Position numbers and translations under genes: made by a program. The notes beneath the pieces were generated by a model, which worked only from the letters and a program-made list of their open reading frames with translations, had not been told where the DNA came from and ran no database searches. A DNA stretch of 63,820 nucleotides, filler included. It is 9 parts of 9 records of this genome, joined end to end, with 100 filler letters (N's around TTAATTAATTAA, not from the genome) between each part and the next. Parts side by side here need not be neighbours in the genome. Positions count along the whole stretch, not along the records: positions 1 to 8,210 come from SRR7504441_119; positions 8,311 to 14,391 come from SRR7504441_125; 7 more parts are not named here. One strand, written 5' to 3'. Positions 1-11,605 of the stretch are shown here, piece by piece. Position 1 is the first letter of the stretch, and the number at the start of each line of letters is the position of its first letter.

Positions 1-89
1 TCAATTAGAACTTAATTTCTCATGATCGTGCAATCACTGTATGATGGACGGTAGATTGACGGATTATATAGTGGACCCTGACTTCCACT

Positions 90-2197
90 TCATTGTGGCA
101 TTGGCATAGGCATCGTTGGTTGTGATTCATTGTCAAAGTAATGTGCTTCAACTACATCGCACGGTCTCGGTATCCAAGGAGGCTCGACCTGAAGCAAACG
201 ATAAATCACTCCGCTAGTTGTATGTGGATGAGATGACACCTCACGGGCATAGAGCATCTCCCAGTCAATTGTCTCAAACCACGGATGCTGCTGGATCACT
301 GCGCCGTCTGGCCGCTTAGTGGGGTCACTGCATACAAGCCAGTCAAGCCAGTCACTCAGGATCCAATCAGTCCAACCACCAAGACTCGCTGGCTGGGCCA
401 GCAGTCCTAACAGACTAGCATCATCATAGCAGTGCTCGCGCACCGCGAGAGGAGCATCTGTAGAAGCTCAATCAACGACTGGTTGAAGAAATCTGGGAAT
501 CTGACCGGACGCTCAGCTCAACCAGATCGGATGCCCACTCTAGGGTTGCATTCCGAATATTTTTGAACATCTGAATACGATTGCTGTCGTAGAAGGGTGG
601 CAAGCCCTTGAGCATCTCAAAGAGTAGAATCCCAAAAGACCACCAGTCGGCCATTTTATTGTGCCCCGATCTTGCCAGCACCTATGGACAGTCACGGTCG
701 GTTCTTGGCTGCAATAAGTCGATGGGCGTGACCTCTGGCGCCAAGTATTCTGGGGTACCGCACACCGAGAACGCCATGCGCTCATCATCCATGTCCTCCT
801 TGGAAAGCCCAAAGTCGATCAGGGCACAGTGCCCCTGTGCGTCAATAAGGATATTCTCCGGCTTAATGTCCCTGTAGATGATGTGCTTGGAGTGCAAGAA
901 CTCCAATGCAAGCAGGATCTCGGCAGCTGGCACCGCAAAGATCAGTCTAAACTGGCACCAAATGGTTTGTACCATAGAAGCGGGCACGCGGCACACTGAG
1001 TCGTCCAAGCCGCTGCAAGCCCGACAGTCACGGCCGGACAGGGCAGCGATGCCTTGAGGTGCCAGAACAGTTCCCCCCCCCCAAAGTAATCCATTATGAA
1101 GTGTATCAAATCTTTGGTCTGAAACGCATAGTGCAGCTTGGCAATGAAAGGGTGGCTGAGCCTTAGCATGATATTCCGCTCGGTCAACACGCGCTGCACT
1201 TCGCGCTTTTGTATGATTGTCTCCTTCTTCATTACCTGAGTAGGCTGTCGATTGCATGGGTTTGCTTCAAGCCAGCACCTTCATAGCGTACATATCGCCA
1301 GTGGTGTTATCCCTCACCTGAATCACAGTCCCAGATGCGCCAGTCCCAATCAACTGCAAACCAGTGTCAGCTCAGTCAGCCAGACACCCGCAGCACCTTG
1401 AGTTGAGTGAAATTGCCGAGCCCCACAGCCGACTGGGCTGGTCGCTCCGCTGTCTCACATCTGTTGCACTGGCCCACTGCTGCTGGCCAGGCCACTCAGC
1501 CCGGATCGGACAGGCAAGTCACAGTCTTGGTGGTTGTCTGCGCACGAGTTGAGCAAGCCCGGGGGCGGCATGTTCCTGCGAGCGGCTCAAACGAGAGCCG
1601 CGGACTGCGGTGGGGCACATCCGCTCGGAGAGGAAGCGCTGGAGAGGGACCAGACCCTTGAGGTCGTCGTCCGCAATCACAGTGTGCAGCCAGGCCAGCA
1701 GCTCTTGCTTCCTCTGCTTTACGAAGCTGTCCTCCAACGAAGATCCGAAGATCCGCTTCCCTGGCAGGTTGGGCACACACACCCTGCGCCTGGCTGGCCG
1801 GCACGCCGAGCGGGGCTGGCACCGGGCCATGGAGCACAGTGATTCGTGCAGCTCCACGAAGTCGTTGTACCGCCTGTAGACGATCCACGAGCCTGTGGCC
1901 ACCAGGATCCGAATGTGGTACACCTGGGCCCTGTAGGCTGATGCGGGCCGGGGCCAGCCACCACGTAGTCCCGGTCCAGATACTCGTGCGACACCACACT
2001 AAACGACGGTATCGAGATGTCCTCGAGGTTGACTGCCCGGCCTGCACCGGCTGAGCGCACGGCCGAGCGGCGGGCGCAGCAGCACCGTGAGACGGGTCGA
2101 AGTTGCTGGTGCAGTCGTCGCCCTGGTCCGAGCGCAGGTTGGACGAGTACATCATCCCCTCGTTCCGCCGGGTGCTGTAGCAAGGGCCTTGCCCCAT
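90..2197 (-). CDS. PX-domain AGC-family Ser/Thr kinase (SGK3/Akt-like), multi-exon
   Basis: Spliced exons give an MGQGPC N-terminus and a PX domain ([22 protein letters not shown]). Kinase motifs: [60 protein letters not shown], then an AGC tail (HPWF..IDW, EPPWIP). Introns are ~38-46 nt; 1013-1052 is GC-AG. Confidence 0.9.
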
Positions 2198-2299
2198 GCC
2201 CCCCGTGGAGGAGCGCTCCGCAGCGCAGTGCCGGGCTGTGCTCAAACACCCCCGGCCGGAGCGGATCCGCGACAACGGCCGGACGCCCAGTGCGCAGCG

Positions 2300-3141
2300 A
2301 TGCTGGCCGGACTGCCCACGGCGGTGAGGCGAGCCTGCTGGGCAGCAGCGCCACGCCGATTAGTCTGGCCGTGCGGTGGGGCGGCGCTACTCTCGTCCAA
2401 GCCGGCCGATGGGCGCCCGGTGCTCAACCGGGCGGTGCTGGCCGCCGGGCTGGAGCGGGTGCGGCTGATCAGCCCCGACGGCGAACAGAGCGTGGTGGAG
2501 CCGGCCCGGGCGATCGAGCTGGCGGAGCAGGCCGGGCTCGACCTGGTGCTGGTGGCACCGCAGGCCTCGCCGCCGGTGTGCAAGATCGTGGACTTCGGCA
2601 AGGTGCCCGGGGCCAACCGCGGAGGCCGGGACCGGCCGACAGGTGCAGTACGACCGCAAGGAGCAGCGCAGGGCGCAGGCACAGCCGCCAGAACGGCCAG
2701 TGCCAGTGAGCTGCGTGTGCAGGCGAAGAAGCAGCGGGAGACGCGCACTGTGATGAAAGAAATCTGGATATCCGAGTCTATAGGTGACTGAACTGCCCGG
2801 GGCCAAGGCAAGCCCTGCCGACAGGCCCACACGATGCCACGCTCAAGCAGAACCAGATACGAGGGTTTCTAAAGAAGAAGTACCAAGTCACGATCTCGAT
2901 CAACAATCCCAAATCGTGGCCCGCACACAGCTAGTCCAGCCTGACGCTGGGCGTGGGTTGGCAGGCGCAGCAAGGCGATTGAGTCGATCAAGAACTTCCA
3001 GGTGAGTCCGGAATATGCAACAGTAGTAGAACTGACTCGGCTTTGTGGGCCCAGACTGCTTTGCAAGATTGTGCCGATGCGCAGATGGAGCTTCGGGTCA
3101 AGGGCAACAAGGTGTCAACTAGTTTCTACCCACCTAAGTGA
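2300..3141 (+). CDS. infC: Translation initiation factor IF-3, probably mitochondrial, multi-exon
   Basis: [41 protein letters not shown] is the IF3 N-domain. [10 protein letters not shown] and [15 protein letters not shown] match the C-domain. The N-terminus is Arg/Ala-rich and presequence-like. Confidence 0.85.
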
Positions 3142-3446
3142 CAGCAGAATGAACCGGCTAGCTGGCTGCATGTATTCTACATGTATTCAATTTGGCGACG
3201 TGCACGAACAATCGCATCGCCCGCGCAGATTACGCGATTACTTGTCACCGTTGTTAGATACGCACTTTACGTCGAGTACAAGCCTAGTACTTACAAGTAC
3301 CTCAGTACCGGTACTCGTACTCTACTCTTAGTACGTAGATCTACAACTGTTGTACCTCGTACGTACTCGTACTGACATGACAGACCACTCTGGATCCCCG
3401 AATCTGCTCCGGCAACGTACTCTGCCAAGCCGCGAGCTCGGCTCCA

Positions 3447-4318
3447 ATGGCCAGGCCACCAGCGGCCTCGGAGGAGCTGCATAAGCACTGGAGCGATGCG
3501 GTCTGGCTCAAGGCAACGGCTGCAACGCTGGGCTGAGCTGCTGACTCGGCGGCTGGCAGCAAAATCCGCTCAACAACCAGACGGCGCTCGACTACTTTTG
3601 CAACTCGATCTTCTGCGAGCCCGGCTGCGTCAACCTGCTCGCCCGCAGCCAGCAGCTGAGCGACGAGCAGCTCCGGTGGCCGGCTAGTGCCCAAGCGCCA
3701 AACTTGACCAGGTATGGTCGGCAGGTCAATGCCGGGCTTCGAGTACGCGCTGGCTTTTGCACAGGCGCGCAGTCCCGCTGGCCCACTCTGAAAGCTGTCA
3801 GGTCACTGAGCAGGCGTCCATGTTCATCATCGAACGACGGCACCGGCGCTCTATGGGCGCCGCTCAGGCACTCTAACAGGCAGCCGCTGGGCTGAGCTGC
3901 GAGGCAGGAAGTGACGGCGGTCTACTACATACTAAACGGGCTGGTATACCGGGCTCCAGACACCTACTCGGTCTTCTCCTGCTGCCTGGTGACATCTAGT
4001 CCACGCCAGAGCAGTGTGTGAGCTGGGCGGTGGCGCAGATCCAAGCCTGTCATCATTTACAAGAAGTAGTGTCTACAGTTTCCAAGCGCAAGGTTCACCG
4101 ATCTGTGTTCCGAGGTGTGAGGCTGGTCTGTGTAGGTTTTTCACTCGATGCTCGGATACCGCTGGGACTTCGATTCGACGGAGGAGCCGCTCGATGTCCC
4201 CGATAAGAAGCGAGCACGCCGGCCTCATCACTTGGCAGAGGCAGATAGAATGGCTACTCATGGCTTGATTCAAGAGATGATAGCATTAGAGGACACACCT
4301 GCCGGTGAACCGCCATAA
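3447..4318 (+). CDS. MED6: Mediator subunit 6, multi-exon (absent from the ORF track)
   Basis: Manual splicing gives WSDAVWLK|QNPLNNQTALDYFCNSIF..LR|SMPGFEYALAFAQ|ASMFIIERRHRRS..|EVTAVYYILNGLVYRAPD..FHSMLGYRW, which matches MED6 motifs. This model uses three GC-AG introns. Confidence 0.85.
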
Positions 4319-4705
4319 GTGAACATTTGATTCACTAACATAATATAGTTATACCGATGTAGGGTTGTTGTAGTGGTAGCTACTCGTACATACGACTAAA
4401 GCTAGTTCCAACTTTCGTCTGCTTTCGGTAAAAAGAATTACAGGCGTACATGTACGCATGGACTAGTTACACTCACAGTAATTATTTTAGTACTGTTTGA
4501 ACGTTCAGGTTGGTGTCTTCACCTTTTATCGTGTCATTAATTAATGACTGATGTTACGTACGTATGATGTCTGGCTCGCAAGGCTATTAACTGTGGCCAG
4601 CTTGCCAACTTTTGACAAGTTGCGGAGTCCGAGGTGTTACTACTTACTATAGCATTGCTAATATTGATCACGTTTGAAGAAGTCATGTGGCGTAGGAGTT
4701 CGATC

Positions 4706-6958
4706 TCAAGGCAGGCCAAACAGGAACGTGATCATGATTCGATGGTCTTCATACTGCTTGATACGCAGTAAGGCATCACTGCCAAAACCGCCATTCTCGT
4801 CCCCCAGGATGTATCCATCATATGATTTATGGAATACATGCGATTCTCTGCAGAACGCTAGGGTCTCTTCAACAGCCTCATCACTGAGCACAGAGTCAAA
4901 CACCTGCGTCATATCCATCAGCCCCGACTGGATCTCAGGCATTTCTCGTTGCTAGGATATTCTCGAGGTGGGTAGCCTCGCATTGCCCTCGAGGCTGCTG
5001 AAAAGTAGTCCCATGCTCTTTCCGGATAGCCAGATTCTATGAGGCTGTCACCACCACCTAGGACACTTGATCACGCCATGCGCAATTGCACATAGGTTAA
5101 ACACACTCACCGTAGAGCGACAGTGCACAGTCAGGAGCCAAACCCATGGCGAAATTGAAATCCTCAACAGCATCTTCATGCTTACCTGCCCATGTGTTCA
5201 CCAAGTTGTATCCGTGAGGTACAGACCTTGGCGCTGATAAACTGCTCCAAGATTTGCATGTGCAAAGTACGCAGTCGTGTCTGCTGCAATCGCCTTTTGA
5301 AAATGCACTGCAGCCGACTGGAGGCGGCCCTGAGCAAATGCCCTGCAAAACATAGGTTAGATATTGTACAGCTAGTACACTAGTACCTCAACCCAAGCTC
5401 ATTCTCTGCCTCGACTTGTTGCAAGTTCAATGAGGGCTGACACGCAGTCGGTTAGCACAGAAGTCAGAATGTCTTTCTATTGTACTTACAGTGTTATCTG
5501 CTGCGTGTTGGTTCATTGTTCGTGTCTCTTCCTCCTGGCGTTTCCTCTGTTGCTGCTCCTGGAGTTCCCTCTGTCTCTGTCGCTCTTGCTGCCGTTGCTC
5601 CTGCTGCTTCTCCTGCTCCTTCTGCTTTTGCGTGTTCTCTCGTAGTTTCTCCACGTCAACTTGACCTGCTCCAGCTGGAAACACAAGATGAATCTATGAG
5701 ACAGATCAATCACCATGGACACTGGACAAGGGCAACACACTATGACATGACAGGCCATGGCAGTGTCAGTGGCAGTTGTGCAAGTGCTGTGGCATCTGTA
5801 TGCAACGTGACGGTGACATATGCTTTAATGATCTGCATGCCCTTGGAGAGTTGCTATACGTTAACGACACAGCTGACGGCTGCTCATATGAGGTATGCCA
5901 ACACACAGGTCACTCACCACCCACAGCCGCAGCCCGCCGTTGTTTGAGCGCTTCCAGCAGTTTGGCGCATTCAGGATCACCAATCCGGTGGTTAATACAG
6001 AAAACACTGCAACCCAGTAACAAAACAGGTCAGCAAATTTGAGAGCCCTCCTGGCTCACCGTGAGACATCCTCGGCGTCGTCTCTCTCGTACAGCTCGAC
6101 TTGCTCAACCCGCAGTTTGCCGTTGTCCAAGACTTGAACAGGCAGCGACACGAGCAGCGCCCCACGAGGAGAGCCAGGATTGACAACTCCACCGGTATCA
6201 GCAGGTCCACCGGTATTGACAGCTCCAAACTGCTGATCAGATGCACTGGGGTATGCCTGTTACAGGTCCGGGCTAGAGCATGGCCGGATAGGGCAGGCAC
6301 CGGGGCACTAGCAGCTGCAGCTGGCTGGGCGGGCAGTTCAGTGGCTTGAGGAGCTGTCGCAGAGGCGCCGGCCTGCCAAGCAACCGAGTAAGCATGCGCA
6401 CCGCCGGAAAGAGTGCAGGTACCTCTGTGCCGCCCATTTGCTGCTGCAGCAGCGGATTGGGGAAAGTGTGCAGCTGGTCCGGCCGGAGCTCAACAGGCAC
6501 CGGGTCAGCCGAGAGCTGGACGAACAGGTGCATGTTGTTGGTCATCTCCTGGCACCCGGTGGGCTCAGCGGCGAGACCAGCGGAACACTGCGGGAGCCAG
6601 CGCTGGAGCGGGGGGCACCTCGATATTCTGGATCTCGAAGTCTTCTATGTCGAAGAACTTCAGTGCCGGGTATCTGTCCAACGTCCAGGGAGTCAAGCAG
6701 GCGCCGAGGATTGATTGGCCGCTCACTTGTCCACAGGAAGCTCGAGGCGCTCCCGCGTCTTAGTCACGAACCCATCCCAGGTCCCGGGCACCACCATCTT
6801 CTGGCCCCACTTCGAGGGCTCCCCCCGCACGAACACTTTGGCCTGCACGATCGGGGGAAATGAGCGACAGCCACGGCCCAGACCACCTTCAGGGGTTCTG
6901 TTTCGGCGCTCACACACGAGGCCACGGCCACCAGCAAACCCACAACGAGCAGCTTCAT
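4706..6958 (-). CDS. Signal-peptide protein with Q/E-rich coiled coil, TPR repeats and the start of a 2OG-oxygenase-like domain (could be two genes)
   Basis: MKLLVVGLLVAVASCVSA is a signal peptide. TPRs: AAVHFQKAIAADTTAYFAHANLGAVYQRQG|KHEDAVEDFNFAMGLAPD. C-terminus reads VFDSVLSDEAVEETLAFCRESHVF..GY..GFGSDALLRI. Exon chain not fully resolved. Confidence 0.45.
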
Positions 6959-7141
6959 GTCTGCGACTCAGCGCTCCTGTTGCCGGGGTCTCTCCGACGT
7001 GTGTCGATCCAGTGACGTCGTACTTCCGTTATTATTATGGGCCTGCGATACGCTGTAGGGGACATTGAAGGCGCGAGATCTTTAGTCAAGTTAGGTCTTA
7101 CGCTCGGATGCTATTCTATCTACTGGGCCCCGTGCTCGCGA

Positions 7142-8210
7142 CTAGCGCTCGGCTTGCTTGAGCATTCTTACTAGCTCGAGCCGTTGGGTTGTCGCGAGAG
7201 CAAGCTCTGCCTCCATCTTCTCGACAACTCGAATCGCCTCTTCGGGCCAAGCTTCCGCCTCCTTGCCATTAGATCTGCCTCTGGCTCCGTCATGCAAGTC
7301 TACTTGGCCACCAGTATACATCTGCTCCACTGAAGCTTGCGATTTCAGCCGAGCATGCAAATCCGTGAGCTCTTCTTCAAGCTCTAGAATCCTCTGACTC
7401 GCATCTGTCTTCACCGCCTCATACTCCTGCTCCAGGCTTCGATGCAGCTGCTGCTGAGCTCCTAACTCGACTGCGTGTGCCGACTGTAAAGCCATCAGCT
7501 CTTGGCCCAGCTCGGACCGCACAGCCTTGAGCTCAGCCTCAGCAGCACTGCGTGTCTCCTCTAGTCCATGCCGTGGAGAGCTCACCGCGTCTGCCTTCGA
7601 GGATTGATGGATCTGTGCGACAAGCCATGACGACTGATACTGACGTCGCACGGTTTGTTGGAGCAGATGAATCTGACCACGGAGCCCAAGGTGAATCCAG
7701 AACCATTTGCTAGGGCTGGTCTCACGCAAGCTTGTGCTCTTTGTGGCTTGTGCAGGGGGCTCTGTGTGCCCATACACGGCCTCAGTCAATAGGCTGTTGT
7801 TGAGTTGGATGACCTGCTGTTTCTGCTGGGTGAGATCAAGCTCTAGCCGCGACAGCTCAACTGCGTGGCTTGCTGCCAGGTGCTCCATATCTCTGACATG
7901 CTGCGTCTGCAATTCAGTAGATTCATACTGTAAGTCTTCAACCTGCTTCTCGAGCTCTTGCTTCTTCAGCACTGCCTCCGTCAGCTCATCCTCAAGACCA
8001 GACTGTCCTTCCCTGAGCCGCTCTACTTGTGCTCGAGTCTGATCGAGCTCATCCTCTTGCGCGTGTGCTGTGCGTGCAGAGGCCCGCTCGGCTCTAAGCT
8101 CTCTCCTTACCTGCTCTAATTCTAGTTGTGCTGTTTCACATTCTCTTTCGAGCTTGCACTGAAGCTTCTCCTGCTCCAGGAGCTCTTCCCCGTAAGCAGC
8201 CCGCACTGAT
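7142..8210 (-). CDS. Coiled-coil protein, 5' end lost at contig edge
   Basis: Long E/Q/L-rich heptad ORF open to the contig edge. Confidence 0.65.
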
Positions 8211-8310
8211 NNNNNNNNNNNNNNNNNNNNNNNNNNNNNNNNNNNNNNNNNNNNTTAATTAATTAANNNNNNNNNNNNNNNNNNNNNNNNNNNNNNNNNN
8301 NNNNNNNNNN
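8211..8310. other. Artificial contig spacer
   Basis: N44-TTAATTAATTAA-N44 (stops in all six frames). Confidence 0.98.
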
Positions 8311-8637
8311 AGGTCGCCCCCGGGGCAGTATTCCATGACGATGTAGATCTTGGTCTTCTCCTTCTCGATGATCCGGTCGTAGTACCGCACGATATGCGGG
8401 TGCCGGAACTCGCGCAGGATGTTGACCTCGGCCACGAGCAAGTGCTTCTCCTTCTCGCTCATCTTGCCGTAGTCAAGGACCTTCCAGACGAAGATCCGTC
8501 GGTCGCTCTTGCGTCGGATCTGTCGGATCACACCAAGCGGTCAGACGACTCGGCCGGGGGGCGCCGCCAAGGCTCACCCGCTGGACGGTCCCGAAGGAGC
8601 CTTTGCCGACGATCTCCAGGGGCTCGTAGTTTTCCAT
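8311..8637 (-). CDS. NIMA/NEK2-like kinase, N-terminal part
   Basis: MENYEPLEIVGKGSFGTVQR|IRRKSD..VWKVLDYGKMSEKEKHLLVAEVNILREFRHPHIVRYYDRII..IVMEYCPGGDL; one GT-AG intron; cut by contig end. Confidence 0.9.
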
Positions 8638-9187
8638 TCCTTCGCTTCGCACAGTTTGAAGCCAAAAGTGCCGTTGAACAAATTTTTACACAACGACAAT
8701 CGCAGTCACTCAGTGAGTCAGTGCATGTCAGTGTGCGCATGCTTACAGTACTGTACCATGCTACGTAGAGGTACGAGTACACGTACGAGTAGAGCGCGGC
8801 TAGACCGCTCGAGGACCTATCGAGGCCCGACAAGGCGACCTCTAGCTCAATAACCTCTCAAGCGGCGGAAAGCCACGAAGCCACGAAAGCCATACCATGG
8901 CCATACGATCAGCGCGATTTGAAGCTGTTGACAAAGCATACGCAGCCATAATCACGATTAATCATGATCGTCATGATTGTCATGATTGTACATCCGTACG
9001 TCAAAGAGTGTTTCAACTGAGGCTATACTTAGTACTAAAATAACGGCACTGAAATAGAGAGATCAGTTAATAAAGAGACGTCAGTCACGTCACGTCAACT
9101 CTCCGGACGCCGGTCAAGAGTCCGATTTTTGCATGAGGTGTCCCATTGGTGGTACTCATCTGGGTACTGGTGGCGTGCTGGTGCGTC

Positions 9188-11402
9188 CTAGCAGCTGGCC
9201 AGCCGGTCGATCAGCGCCTCCCGGCCTCCGGCGCTGCTCTGCCCGAGCTTGGTCAGCTCGTGTCTCAGCTTAGGGACGGTCATCCGCTCGATCTCCTGCA
9301 GCCGGGCCGCCGCGGCCCCATCGGCTGCCGACTTGCGCTTCCGGCTACCACTTGAAGTGGCCGCTGCCCGCTTGGACGGCTTTGAGCTCACCACACGCGA
9401 CCGCTTGACAGGAGAGTCCGCGCCGGCTGTATCGGCTCGGCTCCTCTTGCCACCCTGCCGCACGCTCAGCCGACAGCCACGCTGGCCGCTTACGCTGGCT
9501 GCGGGTGAAGCTCGGCCGGAGGCTGGGGCGGGTTGGGCTCCCTGTGCACTGGTCAGGCCTGGCCGATCGCCTGAGCACCGTCAGTCTGCTGAGCAGCTCG
9601 TTCTTGGACCCGAACGGCGAGAGCCCATTGGCAGTGCACTCTTTCCGGAGCTGGCTGGTGCTCATCTGCTGCAGCCCTCTTGCCGGGGCGCTGCCCCGCT
9701 GTCAGCCAGGCCCACAGGCGGCGCACCGGGCCGCTGGGCTGGCCGGGCGGGTCTTTTGTGCGCTCTGGCTGCGGGACTGGACCGGGCGGGCTGTGGAGTT
9801 GCTCGGCTTGCGGGCAGAGTAGCTCCGGTCGGCCGGCTGCGGCACGCTCTGGCTGGATGGCCGGTTGAGCACGCTGTGCGGCCGAGGGTTGTTCCAGGTG
9901 CGAGATCCGGCCTGCTCTGACAGCCTGGGCAGCCGACCGGCCGGAGCGACCAGCCGGACCTGCGCGGTGACAGGAGGATCCGCCAGCCAGCTGGCCAGGC
10001 CGAACCCGACCGCGTCGGCCAGGACGGCCAGCAGGATGGCGGCCAGCAGCACTGGGTCCGGCAGGGTTGGGGATACGAGCTTGAGGAGCGCGCTTGCAGG
10101 CTCGAGCAGGAGCACAAGCAGCAGAGAGGACAGGCAGTGTCCGAGCCACTGGGCCTGGGCCAGAGAGCCGAGCCCGGCGCACAGGAAGAGCCCGGTCTTG
10201 ACCAGCAGCGACACGGCGTGCGCGTCAGTCACCTGCGGTCAAGAGTCACCGCAGCGGCAGGAGCGCGGCACCGCTTGCATTGCACGCCCTGTGGATGCGG
10301 CTGCACCGAGCGATATCGGGACGCAAGAGAGGTTGCTCAGGGCACCCACCACGCACAGACTGCCGATCAGGGCTGCTGCGGCCGAGCTGGCTTGGGGACT
10401 CTTGCGGTTCGGAGCGCTAACCAGCGAGAAGAACACAGACACTGAGAGCAACGCAGCCACACTCCACCAAGCCAGCAGCGTGGGCGGCAGCCCAACCTGC
10501 GGCGTGAGCAAAGCCAGCGAGTGTGCATCCGGCCAGACAGCGGCCAGGTGGTGGCTGCCGGAGGCCACGGCCCCGGTGATTGTGAGCACAAAGCCTACCA
10601 CGCACGGCAGCCGGGCATCAGTCGGTTGGACAGGGGCGCTGGTGGCAGATGAGCCGTTGATGCAGGCCACCAAGAGAGCCAGCTGCAGAGCCCTGCCCGC
10701 GTCTCAGCCCGGCCGCCCGGGGGCGCACCAGATCGCTGCGACCTCTCTCGGCTCATCGCTGCCCAAAAGCCCGGCACAAAGCCATTCGAGTGCAGGCAGC
10801 AGGCTGAGCGCCACAGAGCCCGCCCGCCAGCAGCGCGACTGGGCCGACTCCGAGGTGAGCGCCATCGCGGCCCAGCCGGCCACGCAGACCCAGCCGAGCG
10901 CGCCGACGGTCATCATGGTGAGTTCGGAGGACCACTGCGGGCCATACTCGGAGGGCAACAGGAGCTGGGCCCGAGCCACCAGCCAGCCGCTGAGTGCCAC
11001 CGAGTACCCGCCAAACAGCCAGCGGTCTTCCCGGTCCGGACAGCTGGCCTCTCGGAGCACGAGTATCGCCCCCAGCCCGGAGGCCAGAGCGGCGCAGATC
11101 GCAGCCGGCACGGCCAGGCCGGGGCCGGGGGACGTTACCGGGTCAGGGCCCGACCCGGCGAGCAATTGGAACAGATCCGGGACCGGGGTGGCAAGCGGGC
11201 CCGGGAGCAGGCCATGTAGAGGGCCACCGGTAGCGGCCAGGCTGCAGAGGCTTTTGTGCAGCTGGGGGATTGCGAAGAGCAGGCCGAGCCCCGCGAGCAG
11301 CCAGGCGAGTAGTCGGCGGCCGAGTCCGGCAGCGCCAGGGCCGGGCTGGCCGATCGGGAGGCAGACGGCGGCGGGGATCAGCAGCAGAGCCAAGAGCCAC
11401 AT
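9188..11402 (-). CDS. Multi-pass membrane protein followed by two SAP domains (possibly one gene)
   Basis: Hydrophobic ORFs at 10704-11402, 10239-10673 and 9702-10232. SAP motifs: MSTSQLRKECTANGLSPFGSKNELLSRL and MTVPKLRHELTKLGQSSAGGREALIDRL. Confidence 0.5.
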
Positions 11403-11605
11403 CGTTCGAGATCGCTTCGTTTCAAACGCTGAACTGAACTCAGCCTCTCAGGCCTTCTGCACCTGAACATGAGTGCGCAAAAGGAGCCGGGCGTAAGCCG
11501 GGCGCGTATATTGGAGCCACACCCGGTCGTATTCACGGGCGTTTACGGCGCAGGCGGGGCTCAAATTGTTGGCTCGAGGCAGGCTTGTACGGATTTAATT
11601 AGCAT

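Noticed and set aside
7142-8637. NEK kinase N-terminus and the coiled-coil ORF as one gene across the gap
   Set aside because: The strands are compatible, but the spacer is artificial and gives no linkage evidence.
9865-11466. 533-aa plus-strand ORF
   Set aside because: It is an antisense shadow of a GC-rich hydrophobic minus-strand gene; S/A/P/R-rich with no motifs.
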